IMG/VR virus record: IMGVR_UViG_3300045988_147856
Strand: one strand, 5' to 3'
From: a virus
DNA: 64,000 bases
Both the position numbers and the translations under genes were made by a program. Shown one piece after another: positions 26,871 through 36,440 of this stretch. The notes under the pieces are model-generated. The model did no database searches, had not been told where the DNA came from, and worked only from the letters and a program-made list of their open reading frames with translations. Position 1 is the stretch's first letter. Each line of letters begins with the position of its first letter.

Positions 26871-27964
26871 CCTTTATTTGTTGCCACCGCAAGAATATCA
26901 TCGGGTATGCCGACCGCCGTCGCGGGCGTTATCGCGAGTTTTATAGTTCTCGCAGTGCCTCCCGAAATATCAGGCAGGGAATTAAACATTTCTGTAACCG
27001 CCGCAACGGAAAGGTTTGTTTTGCTAAAGTTGATATTACCGGGAAACGCGGTCATATTTCCCGTTCCGCTAAAAACGACTTTGCGGAGCGACCTTAAGCT
27101 GACGTCGATTCCGTTAGCTGTGAACTCCGATATATCAACAACTAACTCTTCGAGTAAATCAGAAGCGATTATCTTTTTAACCTTTGGACAACCCGTCAAA
27201 CGCCTAAGTCCTGAAACAACTTCAAGCATGCCGTACCCTGTTCCTGCGTTGCTGTTGCTGGGTGATACGCCCAACCCCTCAAGACCATATGCTCTGTCGA
27301 GAGCAGGAAAGCCTTCTATCAAATAGATGTATTTAATGCCGTAAAAATATAGGTCAGCGACGTAAGAGCTGCTGACGCTCACATTATATATCACATCTCG
27401 GATTATCGTCGGGCAGTAATAGCTGTAGGTGTTGTTAAATTTGATGTTGCGGTAAGGCGTTGTAAGAGTGATTCTGACAACTATTTGTTTTTTCCCGTTC
27501 GACAGCGATTTCGCCCAATCAAACCCATTAAAATCGTAGTCAAGCGTAATGGCTGCGTCAGTATTAATACCATTCCCCGCGATTGTCCTGCTTGCCTTTG
27601 AAACAAAAGCACCATTAACCACGATTCCCTCGTCCACGGTTGCAGAGGTAGCGCGAAACGTGAATTTTCCCTTGTTAGGATAATTCTCTTTCAGCTCGAC
27701 AAGCAAATACATAGTATTTGGTTCGACCTTATCATAATCCGGCAACCTTAGCCACTCGGCGGGGCGTGTGCCGCCATAAACTTCGCGCGGGTCAGACTCC
27801 GGCGCAGAAGAGCCACCTGTTATAGTGTCAACTGCATCACCAAAGCCTTTGGCAGAATCCCATGCTATCTGGTCTGTACCACCTGTCTTGTTGCGGATGC
27901 GACCAGCTGTATAAGTCATAGCTGCGTCAAGCATAGCGGAGTCAACTACCTTATCATATGCCAT
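26849..27964 (-). CDS. Putative receptor-binding/tail fibre protein
   Basis: 371 aa in the distal tail module, with a repeat-rich C-terminal half. Confidence 0.45.
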   Translation of the reverse strand: MAYDKVVDSAMLDAAMTYTAGRIRNKTGGTDQIAWDSAKGFGDAVDTITGGSSAPESDPREVYGGTRPAEWLRLPDYDKVEPNTMYLLVELKENYPNKGKFTFRATSATVDEGIVVNGAFVSKASRTIAGNGINTDAAITLDYDFNGFDWAKSLSNGKKQIVVRITLTTPYRNIKFNNTYSYYCPTIIRDVIYNVSVSSSYVADLYFYGIKYIYLIEGFPALDRAYGLEGLGVSPSNSNAGTGYGMLEVVSGLRRLTGCPKVKKIIASDLLEELVVDISEFTANGIDVSLRSLRKVVFSGTGNMTAFPGNINFSKTNLSVAAVTEMFNSLPDISGGTARTIKLAITPATAVGIPDDILAVATNKGWTVVTA

Positions 27965-28779
27965 TAGTAACTACCTCCTGTCCATGTCGGCAGAGCGGCG
28001 AGCGTGTCCGCTACTATTTCCTCTTTGTCTGCCGTCGTCCAGTAGTCTGTACCTTTGACAGGCGTTTTGCCGTCTTTGCCGTCCGCACCTTTATCACCTT
28101 CGAGTCCGACATCGGAGCCGTTGTATTGGAGTTTGCCGTTCGAGACAGAGAGCTTGTCGAGTGTGTCTTTGTTATCGTGGCTGTGAGATTTGGGAACAAG
28201 CTCGTCGAGTACCATCTCAACATTTTTGACATTCGGCAACTGCGTGTTGGTATAACTGACGTTTTCAGCGGTTGACGCCCCGCCGGTACCACCGCTACCA
28301 ATAGCTATGCCGTCATAGGTCGGCTTGCCGTCTTTTGACTCAGCAAACTTATCCAAGACAGCCTTATTGCTGTGGCTGTGTTTAGCCGCCATCAGTTGTT
28401 CAACTTTTGTCGAGATATCTGTGGGGGTATTAGAAGCTACTTCAGTAGAATCCAGCAAGCTACTTCCAATATAAGCCTCTACTATTGGGGATTTAATAAT
28501 GTTCTCTCCGTTGTTTCCTATAACCTGAATACCCATAACGGACTCTATTATAGGCATTAGTGTGATGTCCTGCGGAATGGCATAGTTAATTACGCCGTTA
28601 CTTGCAATTACTGTGTTTGACGCGATTATCTTTCCGCAGGTACTAAACTCTATCTTGTAAGAGGTTGCGTCTTTGAGATCGGGCGATAAAGCAATTATAA
28701 GCTTGGTGGCTTTATGCTCGCCAATATATCCTATGTTTACTTTAACAGGACGCTGTAAATCTATATATACTTCTCTCAG
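27964..28779 (-). CDS. Tail fibre protein (MREVxIDL-type N-domain plus a short collagen-like G-X-Y stretch); likely CTG start
   Basis: - The listed ORF starts at 28557.
- The frame stays open up to 28779 and encodes LREVYIDLQRPVKVNIGYIGEHKATKLIIALSPDL, paralogous to the 26239 and 29354 starts.
- CTGA overlaps the upstream stop.
- GDKGADGKDGK collagen-like stretch. Confidence 0.5.
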   Translation of the reverse strand: MREVYIDLQRPVKVNIGYIGEHKATKLIIALSPDLKDATSYKIEFSTCGKIIASNTVIASNGVINYAIPQDITLMPIIESVMGIQVIGNNGENIIKSPIVEAYIGSSLLDSTEVASNTPTDISTKVEQLMAAKHSHSNKAVLDKFAESKDGKPTYDGIAIGSGGTGGASTAENVSYTNTQLPNVKNVEMVLDELVPKSHSHDNKDTLDKLSVSNGKLQYNGSDVGLEGDKGADGKDGKTPVKGTDYWTTADKEEIVADTLAALPTWTGGSY

Positions 28780-29354
28780 ATTAAGTCACCATCCTTACTT
28801 TTAATTATTAAAGTCAAGACGGGTGTCTTGACTACTTGTTCATTTGCAACGAGTAGAACGCTATCAGTTGCAACCCACTCCACCCCGTACTTAGCTTCTA
28901 CGACATATGCTCCGTCATTAATCTTAAATTTGAGCGTCCATATATCATAATTTTCAAACTCGTCAACAGATAGAACCCTTGAGTCATTTTTCGCCAAAGT
29001 GATAGTTTGCGAGCCTACCACAAGTCTGATTTTCTCTGCTGACTTAGGGGCTTTTACTTTATACACACCCGTCGTCGCCGTCTTAGGGCTAACTCCGACG
29101 ACCTGTACTTTCAGTCGTCCGCCAACAGCTAAACTTTTTGTAAGCAACACAGAACACACGCCGTCGGTTGCCGTCGCACCAACAGATGACTCTTTGTTGA
29201 AGGCGTCTTTAAAATGAATCGTGTAATTGAATTTCTCCCCGACCATAAAATCGGGGAGTTTTATTTTTAGGTCTGCACTATTGTTTTCGCCATCGTACCC
29301 CCACACCACTTCTTGCGTGTTGGGATATTCGGCGTTTATGTAGATTTCACGCAA
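28776..29354 (-). CDS. Tail fibre/baseplate protein, paralog 3 of the MREVxIDL N-domain
   Basis: MREIYINAEYPNTQEVVWGYDGENNSADLKIKLPDF. Confidence 0.45.
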   Translation of the reverse strand: MREIYINAEYPNTQEVVWGYDGENNSADLKIKLPDFMVGEKFNYTIHFKDAFNKESSVGATATDGVCSVLLTKSLAVGGRLKVQVVGVSPKTATTGVYKVKAPKSAEKIRLVVGSQTITLAKNDSRVLSVDEFENYDIWTLKFKINDGAYVVEAKYGVEWVATDSVLLVANEQVVKTPVLTLIIKSKDGDLI

Positions 29355-29360
29355 ATAGCA

Positions 29361-29735
29361 TCAATCCTCTTCAATAAAGTCATAGATCGCGGCTATGTCG
29401 TCGGGGGAGAGCTCAACGTTATCAAGCTCCGACAAATAAATCTTTGTGTCGGGCGTAGTAGCCTCTATCCCACTAAGCTCTTTAATAGCAGCAGCACACT
29501 CATCCGTCTTATCTTCTTGGATTTTGTAGCCGTTACCACTTATGACGGGTTCGCCATTTTCGTCTTTTTCTCCGTACTGTTCAATTATCTGAGAGAGACG
29601 CTCTGTGTAAAAATTCGCGTCGTCCTTCAAGAAGTTAGACAGCTTTGAGATTTTGTATGCCGTTTTGGCGGGCATAGCACTATGACTTATTTTATTAAGA
29701 GCCGCACGGGCTCTGTAAGCATTTTCTATTGTCAT
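29361..29735 (-). CDS. Hypothetical tail-module protein
   Basis: ORF between Tal and the fibre genes. Confidence 0.4.
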   Translation of the reverse strand: MTIENAYRARAALNKISHSAMPAKTAYKISKLSNFLKDDANFYTERLSQIIEQYGEKDENGEPVISGNGYKIQEDKTDECAAAIKELSGIEATTPDTKIYLSELDNVELSPDDIAAIYDFIEED

Positions 29736-29764
29736 TTATATAAGCTCCTTTTATTCGTGTTGGG

Positions 29765-32700
29765 TTATACACCTATAATCTTGCGCAGAACAAACTTTTG
29801 GGGTGTAGACTGTATGCCGCCAATAGTGGCGTTGGCAGTATTTAGCGAGATTCCCAAAACCTCGTTATCCCAAACATATATATATTTAAGTGCTACATAT
29901 TTAAAGCTTGCACTTCCAGCAAGAAATACCGACACGCCATCTCCATTTCGATTTTTAACGTGTTCTTTAGGAATGAAAGTGTAATTCCAGCAATAATCTT
30001 CTGCTTTGTCTGTATACGCACTCCACACAAGAACAATCCCGTTAGGCATAGCTGAAACATTTTGGGCTAAGGAAGCTCTTTGGTCTCCGCCCATAAATGA
30101 TCCAGAACTCGTCCAAAGCTCAGGGTACGAACCTATTTCTACCCCCTTAACATAAACACCCGATGTCGCTTTCAGAACCCCCGTTTTGATAGCGGGGTTA
30201 ATCTCCCACAAGGCATTAATTTTATTATAATTAATTTTTCCTGTATTGGCTGTGGTTTCGCCTTCGCAAGTTACATTAAAACCGTTAGGGCAAGAAATTG
30301 TTACCCTTCCACCCTTTGCGGTTTTATTACTCGTAAATCCGAGAGATTGAATTACTATATTATTTGTCGCCTGTATACTTAAATAACCTGTACTCTGTAA
30401 TAATAGATTATTAGCAAAATTACTATCGTCACTTGTTGCGCCGATTACTATTGTTTCCCCGGCTATAGCTACGCAAGTATCTCCGGAGGTATCTTCATAA
30501 AGGACAACTCTGCCATTAGTATCTGAACCATCTGTCTTGGTTAAATAAAGACCAACCTCTGTTTCTCCATCTGCCGTTTCACTCTTCAGCCACATGTCGT
30601 AGTTAGCGCCCTTAACTCTAACCGTACCCGTGAGCTGCGCGTCACCGGTATCAAGGTTAATATAAGTCTCGCCGTCTTTTGATTTAAGCAGACCCGCAGT
30701 TATTTCACCCGCAGAAGCTCTACGAACCTCAAGGTTGTTAACTGCGTACCAACCCGCAGTAACATTAGTCTTAGTAGAAGTGTCTTTGACAAATGTAGCT
30801 ATGGCAATAGAGAAGTTTACCGGAGTAAGCGAAGTGCTCCCGAGACTTTTAGTGTCGATAGTGACGGTGCTGTTGAGCGTCGTATAGCCACCGTTTGAAA
30901 GCGGTACTTTATCGGAATATATGTTTTTCTTACTCTCTACGCCTTGGGCGTTACGCACGGTAACAACAAGAGCAATCTTAACATCCAACGAATTATTGTG
31001 ATACGCTCGGCTATACACGTTACCTGTAATTCTGAATGAGTCGCCAATCTTACACGGATATAATTTGCTGATGTAAGTGAAATATGGCGAAGCGGTAGGG
31101 TAGGAGATAGGGGTAAGCCAACGCTCATTTATATACGGCTTGTGAGCTGCTTCAGCGGCATACTCGGCGGCGGATTTGAATCCGTACACATCAGCAGTTT
31201 CTTCGCTGAGGTTGACATAGTTTGTGTAGTCGCCGACCGCAATAGAGTCTATAGACAAACTGCCAGTAGCTACAATACTGCCATCCAAATACATCTGCCC
31301 GTCTTCAACACCGAACACCTTTTTGCCATTTGGGTCTTTTATAAGGATATCGCCGTTGTTAATCGTAAGTCCTTTATCATCTATAGTTACGCTGTAGTCT
31401 CCGTTTTCTTCAGATCCGCCAGCTATAATGAGGTTGTTACCGGCTATAATCTTACCTATAATGACATCTCCGGCTACGCCGTACTTGTAAACATCATTGC
31501 CGCTTTTATCTTTCCCGAGATACAGTTTGCCGACAGCTGTTTTAGCCGTCTCCCACCCATCGTCAGTGAAGACTATGCAATTGTTAACAATGCGGAGCTG
31601 TTCGCCGTCGTATATAGGATTACCCTGTGAATCCGTAAGAAAGATAGGGTTGCCGTCGGCGTCGAGAGCATCCATACCCTGCGCGTCCTTTTGTGTTTTA
31701 CGCAAGCGACCGAGATAGCCGCCGTCGTCTATGATAACTTCTTGATTTTTAGCCGAGAGAGCTTTGTCTTTTGTAAGTATCAGAGCCTCGTCAATCCACT
31801 TGGAAGCATCGCTGACCTGCTTAGACATATCTTCGACTATGCCTGTGACGTACTGCAAGGTAGCCTTTGACTTTGATACATCGCCAAACACATCCTCAAA
31901 CAACGACCTCGGGTCATACTGATTGTATTTGTTACCAAATGTTAGAGATATGGTTTTGGACTCAAAATCTATGTCTATAGTGAGCAAGTGCAGTTGCTCA
32001 AATTGGTCGTCGTCTACTTCTGCGGTCACTATACAGCCGCTCTCAAGTTGCGAAGTAAATGAGGCAAATTGCTGCGAAAAAATAAACGAACGAGTTGTGA
32101 CTTCAAACTTTCTGTTGGGTGTTGAAATTTTAGAAAGCTGAGTTTTGGCTCGTTTCATAAGCTCAACACACCAGTCAAATATCTCATCCTGAGACATAAT
32201 ATCCGTCTTAGTGATATTGTCGTCGGTGTAGTCGGCTTGCTTTATATAGGCAGACAACTCGCGAAGAAGCTCGTCCGTAAATATGACTTTGCCGTTGACG
32301 TCTCTTGCGGTTGTAGACAAGCTACACGTCGCCTGAATGGCATCTATCTGAGCTTTAGTTGCGTCTGCTTGTGATTTTTGAGAATTATATAGCGTCTGCT
32401 TCTGCGCCTTAGTTATAGATAATTCTGCGATTTTGGCATTAACAGTCGCGAGAGCAACGGGCACAGCATCCGTAGTCGCGTCGTCGCCAACCGCGCCACT
32501 CTTTTTGAGCTGGCTAAGCAACGATGTCTTCTTTGAACTTATCGTGCCGGAAAGAATACAATCACGACAGGTGTAATAGATATCAATCTGAGTATTCAGC
32601 TTGTCTATATCCATCTGCGTTTCGCTCATAGCGAGATACTGGTTGTAATACTCTCTGTTGAGGGCTACATAACTTTCTTCCACAGAGGCAATTTTTGCTT

Positions 32701-33553
32701 CCCAGCGCGTAACCGCGTCCTGTAACTCAGGAGACATCCAATGTTTATGGTATGTGAAGTCGTAAATAACGGTTGTACCGATAGGGTTAACTCGGCGAAT
32801 ACTCATATTCTCGTCACCGGTAACACTTAACGCCGTGTAGAGGTCGTCGTAGTCCTGCGAAATATCAAGCCCTTCAATAATATTATTCCTTGCAAGATGA
32901 ATACTTGTAAGGTGTTGGTCGGCGTAGGCAGCTCTATCATATACAGATATCTTGCGGTTAATTATGTCATAGCAGAACACACAATCGAACTTGTCCTGCA
33001 AGTCGTTCATAAAGAACTCGTATATGCTCGTAGACTCTGCGATCTCAAAATATCTACTGCGAGCCTTAACCTTGTCGTCTATATGGTCGAGAGACCACGA
33101 CGGACATTTAGCTATAGCAAGGGTTAACACGCCGTCTTTGGTATCATTAGATATCAGCGGATAAACACCCGCCTTATAGAACGGCGCTTCAAGCTCCTCA
33201 AGCTCACGCTCAACGGACACACAGGATATCTCTTTTACTCGCCCCTCTTGGGAGAACGAGTCTTCAACACTGTCTATTATGAAATATCCAATATCCGAGG
33301 CGTATATATATCTTCCAGTTTCGAGGTCACTATAGGTATTACGCACCTTTTCGTCGATAAGCGGAAGAGTAAAGGCTAACTCAGAGAGAGAGCCAAAATT
33401 GAGGGTAGCATCTATATCTTTGGCATACGGCAACGCGCACACCGAATTGGTGAGTAAATTATCTGAAGCCACATAACTGCCGGGGTTGCACACCGTGAGC
33501 AGGGGAGTCTCGAAGCGTTTGAATTTGTCAAACCTTGCTATCACGTCATCCAC
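29765..33553 (-). CDS. Tail-associated lysin / minor structural protein (Tal, prophage-tail N-terminal region)
   Basis: 1262 aa immediately downstream of Dit. Its N-terminal region is typical of siphophage Tal proteins. Confidence 0.7.
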   Translation of the reverse strand: MDDVIARFDKFKRFETPLLTVCNPGSYVASDNLLTNSVCALPYAKDIDATLNFGSLSELAFTLPLIDEKVRNTYSDLETGRYIYASDIGYFIIDSVEDSFSQEGRVKEISCVSVERELEELEAPFYKAGVYPLISNDTKDGVLTLAIAKCPSWSLDHIDDKVKARSRYFEIAESTSIYEFFMNDLQDKFDCVFCYDIINRKISVYDRAAYADQHLTSIHLARNNIIEGLDISQDYDDLYTALSVTGDENMSIRRVNPIGTTVIYDFTYHKHWMSPELQDAVTRWEAKIASVEESYVALNREYYNQYLAMSETQMDIDKLNTQIDIYYTCRDCILSGTISSKKTSLLSQLKKSGAVGDDATTDAVPVALATVNAKIAELSITKAQKQTLYNSQKSQADATKAQIDAIQATCSLSTTARDVNGKVIFTDELLRELSAYIKQADYTDDNITKTDIMSQDEIFDWCVELMKRAKTQLSKISTPNRKFEVTTRSFIFSQQFASFTSQLESGCIVTAEVDDDQFEQLHLLTIDIDFESKTISLTFGNKYNQYDPRSLFEDVFGDVSKSKATLQYVTGIVEDMSKQVSDASKWIDEALILTKDKALSAKNQEVIIDDGGYLGRLRKTQKDAQGMDALDADGNPIFLTDSQGNPIYDGEQLRIVNNCIVFTDDGWETAKTAVGKLYLGKDKSGNDVYKYGVAGDVIIGKIIAGNNLIIAGGSEENGDYSVTIDDKGLTINNGDILIKDPNGKKVFGVEDGQMYLDGSIVATGSLSIDSIAVGDYTNYVNLSEETADVYGFKSAAEYAAEAAHKPYINERWLTPISYPTASPYFTYISKLYPCKIGDSFRITGNVYSRAYHNNSLDVKIALVVTVRNAQGVESKKNIYSDKVPLSNGGYTTLNSTVTIDTKSLGSTSLTPVNFSIAIATFVKDTSTKTNVTAGWYAVNNLEVRRASAGEITAGLLKSKDGETYINLDTGDAQLTGTVRVKGANYDMWLKSETADGETEVGLYLTKTDGSDTNGRVVLYEDTSGDTCVAIAGETIVIGATSDDSNFANNLLLQSTGYLSIQATNNIVIQSLGFTSNKTAKGGRVTISCPNGFNVTCEGETTANTGKINYNKINALWEINPAIKTGVLKATSGVYVKGVEIGSYPELWTSSGSFMGGDQRASLAQNVSAMPNGIVLVWSAYTDKAEDYCWNYTFIPKEHVKNRNGDGVSVFLAGSASFKYVALKYIYVWDNEVLGISLNTANATIGGIQSTPQKFVLRKIIGV

Positions 33554-34506
33554 CTCGCATTATTCCAAGTAAACTTTACCGACGACACACCGCCGGTAAC
33601 AGAGATGATATTCTCGCCCGGAACAAGCCTCAAGAAATGCTGATTGATAAGCTTGTTGTAATACTCGGCATTGGCGTCATTCACAATCGTTCCTATAGCA
33701 CAATCGGCGTACAACACAGCCTTTGCCGTTGCATCTTTAATCTGCATAGCACGGTTGTTATCGCTTTTGTTCGTTATAGTCACATCCGCTTTTGTGTTGC
33801 CGCAGGTGATAACAAGATATGGATAGACGTAATCCTGTATGTCCGTATCAACATTAAGCGTTATATCCGAGCTGAAAGAGGTGGCTGTGACCTCCACTTT
33901 TTCCTGTATAGCCATTGTGGATGAGCACATACAAGTACAACGCCAGCCGACAGTACCCTCGGCGTATTCAATTTTCTCAGGGTTACAGAATACGCACTCA
34001 AGATATTGTCTTTTTATTGTACCGTTCACATACTCGGCTTCTTTGTCGTCCTCGGGGTCTATATAGAGCTCTTTGAAGGTAGGGGAGTTGAAGAGCCAAT
34101 TCTTTATAGCTCGCTCATGTACAGAGCAATACCCCTCTTCGCCGATTATCTCGACCTCGAACTCAAGCGGAGCGCTCTCGCGGGAGACTCCTGTAATATA
34201 TCTTTTATTCTGCGCAGGAAAGAACGACGACGAGTATTCCACAGAACCCTCCGCCGAAGCAAGCCCGTCTGTATCAATTCGCAGAATTGAAAGATTATAA
34301 CGCGACGAGTTAACTCCGTCATAAATGAACCTATTTCCTAACAGATAAATATTGACTCGCCCCTTTCTAAAATAATAAAATCCGCGTACAGTTTTGATTA
34401 TTTGTACGCAGATTTTTGTATTGAAAAATATATTTGTTGTGGTATAATTGTTTATGAAAAATAAAGTTGGAGGAATAGTTGTGGCTAAAATATGCGGAGA
34501 GCACAC
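33541..34506 (-). CDS. Distal tail protein (Dit); true start probably near 34344-34356
   Basis: - LLGNRFIYDGVNSSRYNLSILRIDTDG is Dit-like.
- The first 50 listed codons overlap a plus-strand promoter and gene.
- RBS GAAAGGGG sits at about 34362.
- No ATG, GTG or TTG lies nearby. Confidence 0.6.
   Translation of the reverse strand: MCSPHILATTIPPTLFFINNYTTTNIFFNTKICVQIIKTVRGFYYFRKGRVNIYLLGNRFIYDGVNSSRYNLSILRIDTDGLASAEGSVEYSSSFFPAQNKRYITGVSRESAPLEFEVEIIGEEGYCSVHERAIKNWLFNSPTFKELYIDPEDDKEAEYVNGTIKRQYLECVFCNPEKIEYAEGTVGWRCTCMCSSTMAIQEKVEVTATSFSSDITLNVDTDIQDYVYPYLVITCGNTKADVTITNKSDNNRAMQIKDATAKAVLYADCAIGTIVNDANAEYYNKLINQHFLRLVPGENIISVTGGVSSVKFTWNNARWMT
34421..34448 (+). promoter_or_regulatory. Sigma-A-type promoter with an extended -10
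   Basis: TTGAAA, 16 nt spacer, TGgTATAAT. Confidence 0.55.
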
Positions 34507-34726
34507 TTGTTCTCAATGTGGAACTGTGATTGCTTGGGAGTATCATATTCCTAATAAATTATCAAGCGGTCAGTGTGAGATAGAAGATATTATTTTTTCT
34601 AAATACCACCCATTTAGAATTAACAGTATCTCGTCAAGCACAATCGCCCTACGAGTTACCTGCTCAAATTGCGGTCAGTCCGACGAATTTATTTGCAACT
34701 CTTACAATTCTCGCAACGCGAAATAA
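34481..34726 (+). CDS. Small zinc-ribbon protein (moron)
   Basis: RBS GGAGG lies 7 nt before the GTG at 34481. CSQCG...CSNCG. Confidence 0.5.
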   Translation: MAKICGEHTCSQCGTVIAWEYHIPNKLSSGQCEIEDIIFSKYHPFRINSISSSTIALRVTCSNCGQSDEFICNSYNSRNAK

Positions 34727-34910
34727 GTGATTTTAAGCATATCCAATCAAGCTTCTTAAGATGCTTACAGTAAAGATCGCCTGCGTATATTTTTATTGAC
34801 AACATACGGTAAGGACAGATATATAAGAAGCAATCCTCCTCCGTAATATATTTTCTATTGCATAAAAACTCTTTCTGACATTTAGTCAGCTTTTGCCTAC
34901 GTTTGTTCAT
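34689..34910 (-). CDS. Cys-rich 73-aa protein downstream of the Panacea-domain gene; candidate toxin partner
   Basis: ATG at 34910, 20 nt after the upstream stop, with RBS AAAGGA. Its 3' end overlaps the convergent gene by 38 nt. Confidence 0.35.
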   Translation of the reverse strand: MNKRRQKLTKCQKEFLCNRKYITEEDCFLYICPYRMLSIKIYAGDLYCKHLKKLDWICLKSLISRCENCKSCK

Positions 34911-34930
34911 TCCTTTTGTTCCTTTCGTTT

Positions 34931-35404
34931 TCAATCGGCGTCCTCAAATTCATCATAGTACATATCCCACACATAATCGTATGGGCGAACCTTTTTCGCA
35001 TCAGCTCGTATGTCGTCGAGTGATAATGGAACACCGTCGCCTTTATCGCCATCCAATCTTTTATGGGCATTTTGCCAAGACGTTTCACGATAAAGCATTT
35101 CACTTAGCTTCCATGACTCCAAAGAGCCATATTCCTGAATAACATTATTGACTACATACTTAGCTGTATCTGAAATACGGGCATTGCCGTCGGTCAACCC
35201 GCAGTTAGACAAAAAGCCTTGAATCTCGCAACGCGCAGCTTCGCACCAAAGATTTTCGCCGAACATGGGGAGACCGGTAATAGCAATGGATTCTCTTTGC
35301 ACAAAATATAAGAGCTTTTGAAGTTTTTCGTCTTCTATGTTGTTGTGCGAAACTCTTTTGTACTCTTTATGAATATACCGAGCTATATCAACAACCTTCT
35401 CCAT
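34931..35404 (-). CDS. Panacea-domain (DUF4065, SocA/GepA-like) antitoxin-type protein
   Basis: IARYIHKEY...EKLQKLLYFVQRESIAITGLPMF...VIQEYGSLESWKLSEMLYRETSWQNA. RBS AAAGGA precedes the ATG at 35404. Confidence 0.6.
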   Translation of the reverse strand: MEKVVDIARYIHKEYKRVSHNNIEDEKLQKLLYFVQRESIAITGLPMFGENLWCEAARCEIQGFLSNCGLTDGNARISDTAKYVVNNVIQEYGSLESWKLSEMLYRETSWQNAHKRLDGDKGDGVPLSLDDIRADAKKVRPYDYVWDMYYDEFEDAD

Positions 35405-35459
35405 TCTATCCGTCCTTTCATCGTCTTTCGACGGCAAAAAATATTTATAAAATATCTAC

Positions 35460-35487
35460 TTGACATTATTTTCGAGCGTGATATAAT
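35460..35487 (+). promoter_or_regulatory. Sigma-A-type promoter
   Basis: TTGACA, 16 nt spacer, TATAAT. Confidence 0.6.
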
Positions 35488-35547
35488 CACCATATAGAAG
35501 ATTATTTTGCTTTATACAAAACATTATACTGCTTAGGAGGAGAATTA

Positions 35548-36438
35548 ATGAAAAGATGTTTATCTGTAATTTTAACTATCGCACTAATATTCATGTTCGC
35601 AGCTTGCACTAACCATAAAAATCAGCAAGAGGGAACAACGACTTCAAGTGACGTTTCTGAAGCTGGCTCACACGAGCAAGTAGGCAGATCAGCAGCCAAT
35701 AAAAACAAAAACGACCAAAAGCCTAATGCTAACAACAACAATAATAACAGTGTTAATGCTAACAACAATAACGCCAACAATGTTAATGCTAATAATACCG
35801 CAGGGCAAAATCCGCCCGCGCAAGGCAAGCCGTCGTCTTCTGGACAGCAGTCAAACTCTTCTAACAGCAAAGAAAAAGATAAGCAATTTAGCGCCGGAAA
35901 TAGCGCTTTTATCGACATAAACCAAGCTTCACAAGCCACAAGCCAGATAGCAAAAGCAATATATCAGGCTTGGTATTTTGCAATATACGAAGCAAAGGAT
36001 TATGGCGATTATTATGAAACTCTTACCCATTATTGCAGAAGAACGGGCTTAGATTCGGTTGAAGTTACAGATGCAGTTGACACCATACTTTCAGACTTGG
36101 GTTATGAACCCGGTAACAACGACGACAGGTATATGATTCTTCAAATAAAAAGCGGAGCAGTCGATGTTGTTATAGGTGTCTATACAGCGAACGGGCGGCT
36201 TGATGAGATAGGCGACCTTTTGGAGTCTGCGCAGAAGAATATCTCAACACTCTCAAAAGAATATGCCGAGTACACCGATAGGGAGACTCTACGCTTGTAC
36301 TACTCCGAAGCTTGGGCGTACTACAATTTCGTTTTGTCTCCCACCGGGTCTTTTTCCACTCTGGAAAATACTATAAACACATACGAAAATAATCTTCGTA
36401 AATACAACAATCAGCTTGCATTTACATATCTTTTCTAA
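35548..36438 (+). CDS. Lipoprotein with an Asn-rich low-complexity linker
   Basis: Signal peptide plus lipobox MFAAC, then the NNNNNNSVNANNNNANNVNANN region. It has its own promoter and runs opposite to the tail operon. Confidence 0.65.
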   Translation: MKRCLSVILTIALIFMFAACTNHKNQQEGTTTSSDVSEAGSHEQVGRSAANKNKNDQKPNANNNNNNSVNANNNNANNVNANNTAGQNPPAQGKPSSSGQQSNSSNSKEKDKQFSAGNSAFIDINQASQATSQIAKAIYQAWYFAIYEAKDYGDYYETLTHYCRRTGLDSVEVTDAVDTILSDLGYEPGNNDDRYMILQIKSGAVDVVIGVYTANGRLDEIGDLLESAQKNISTLSKEYAEYTDRETLRLYYSEAWAYYNFVLSPTGSFSTLENTINTYENNLRKYNNQLAFTYLF

Positions 36439-36440
36439 AA

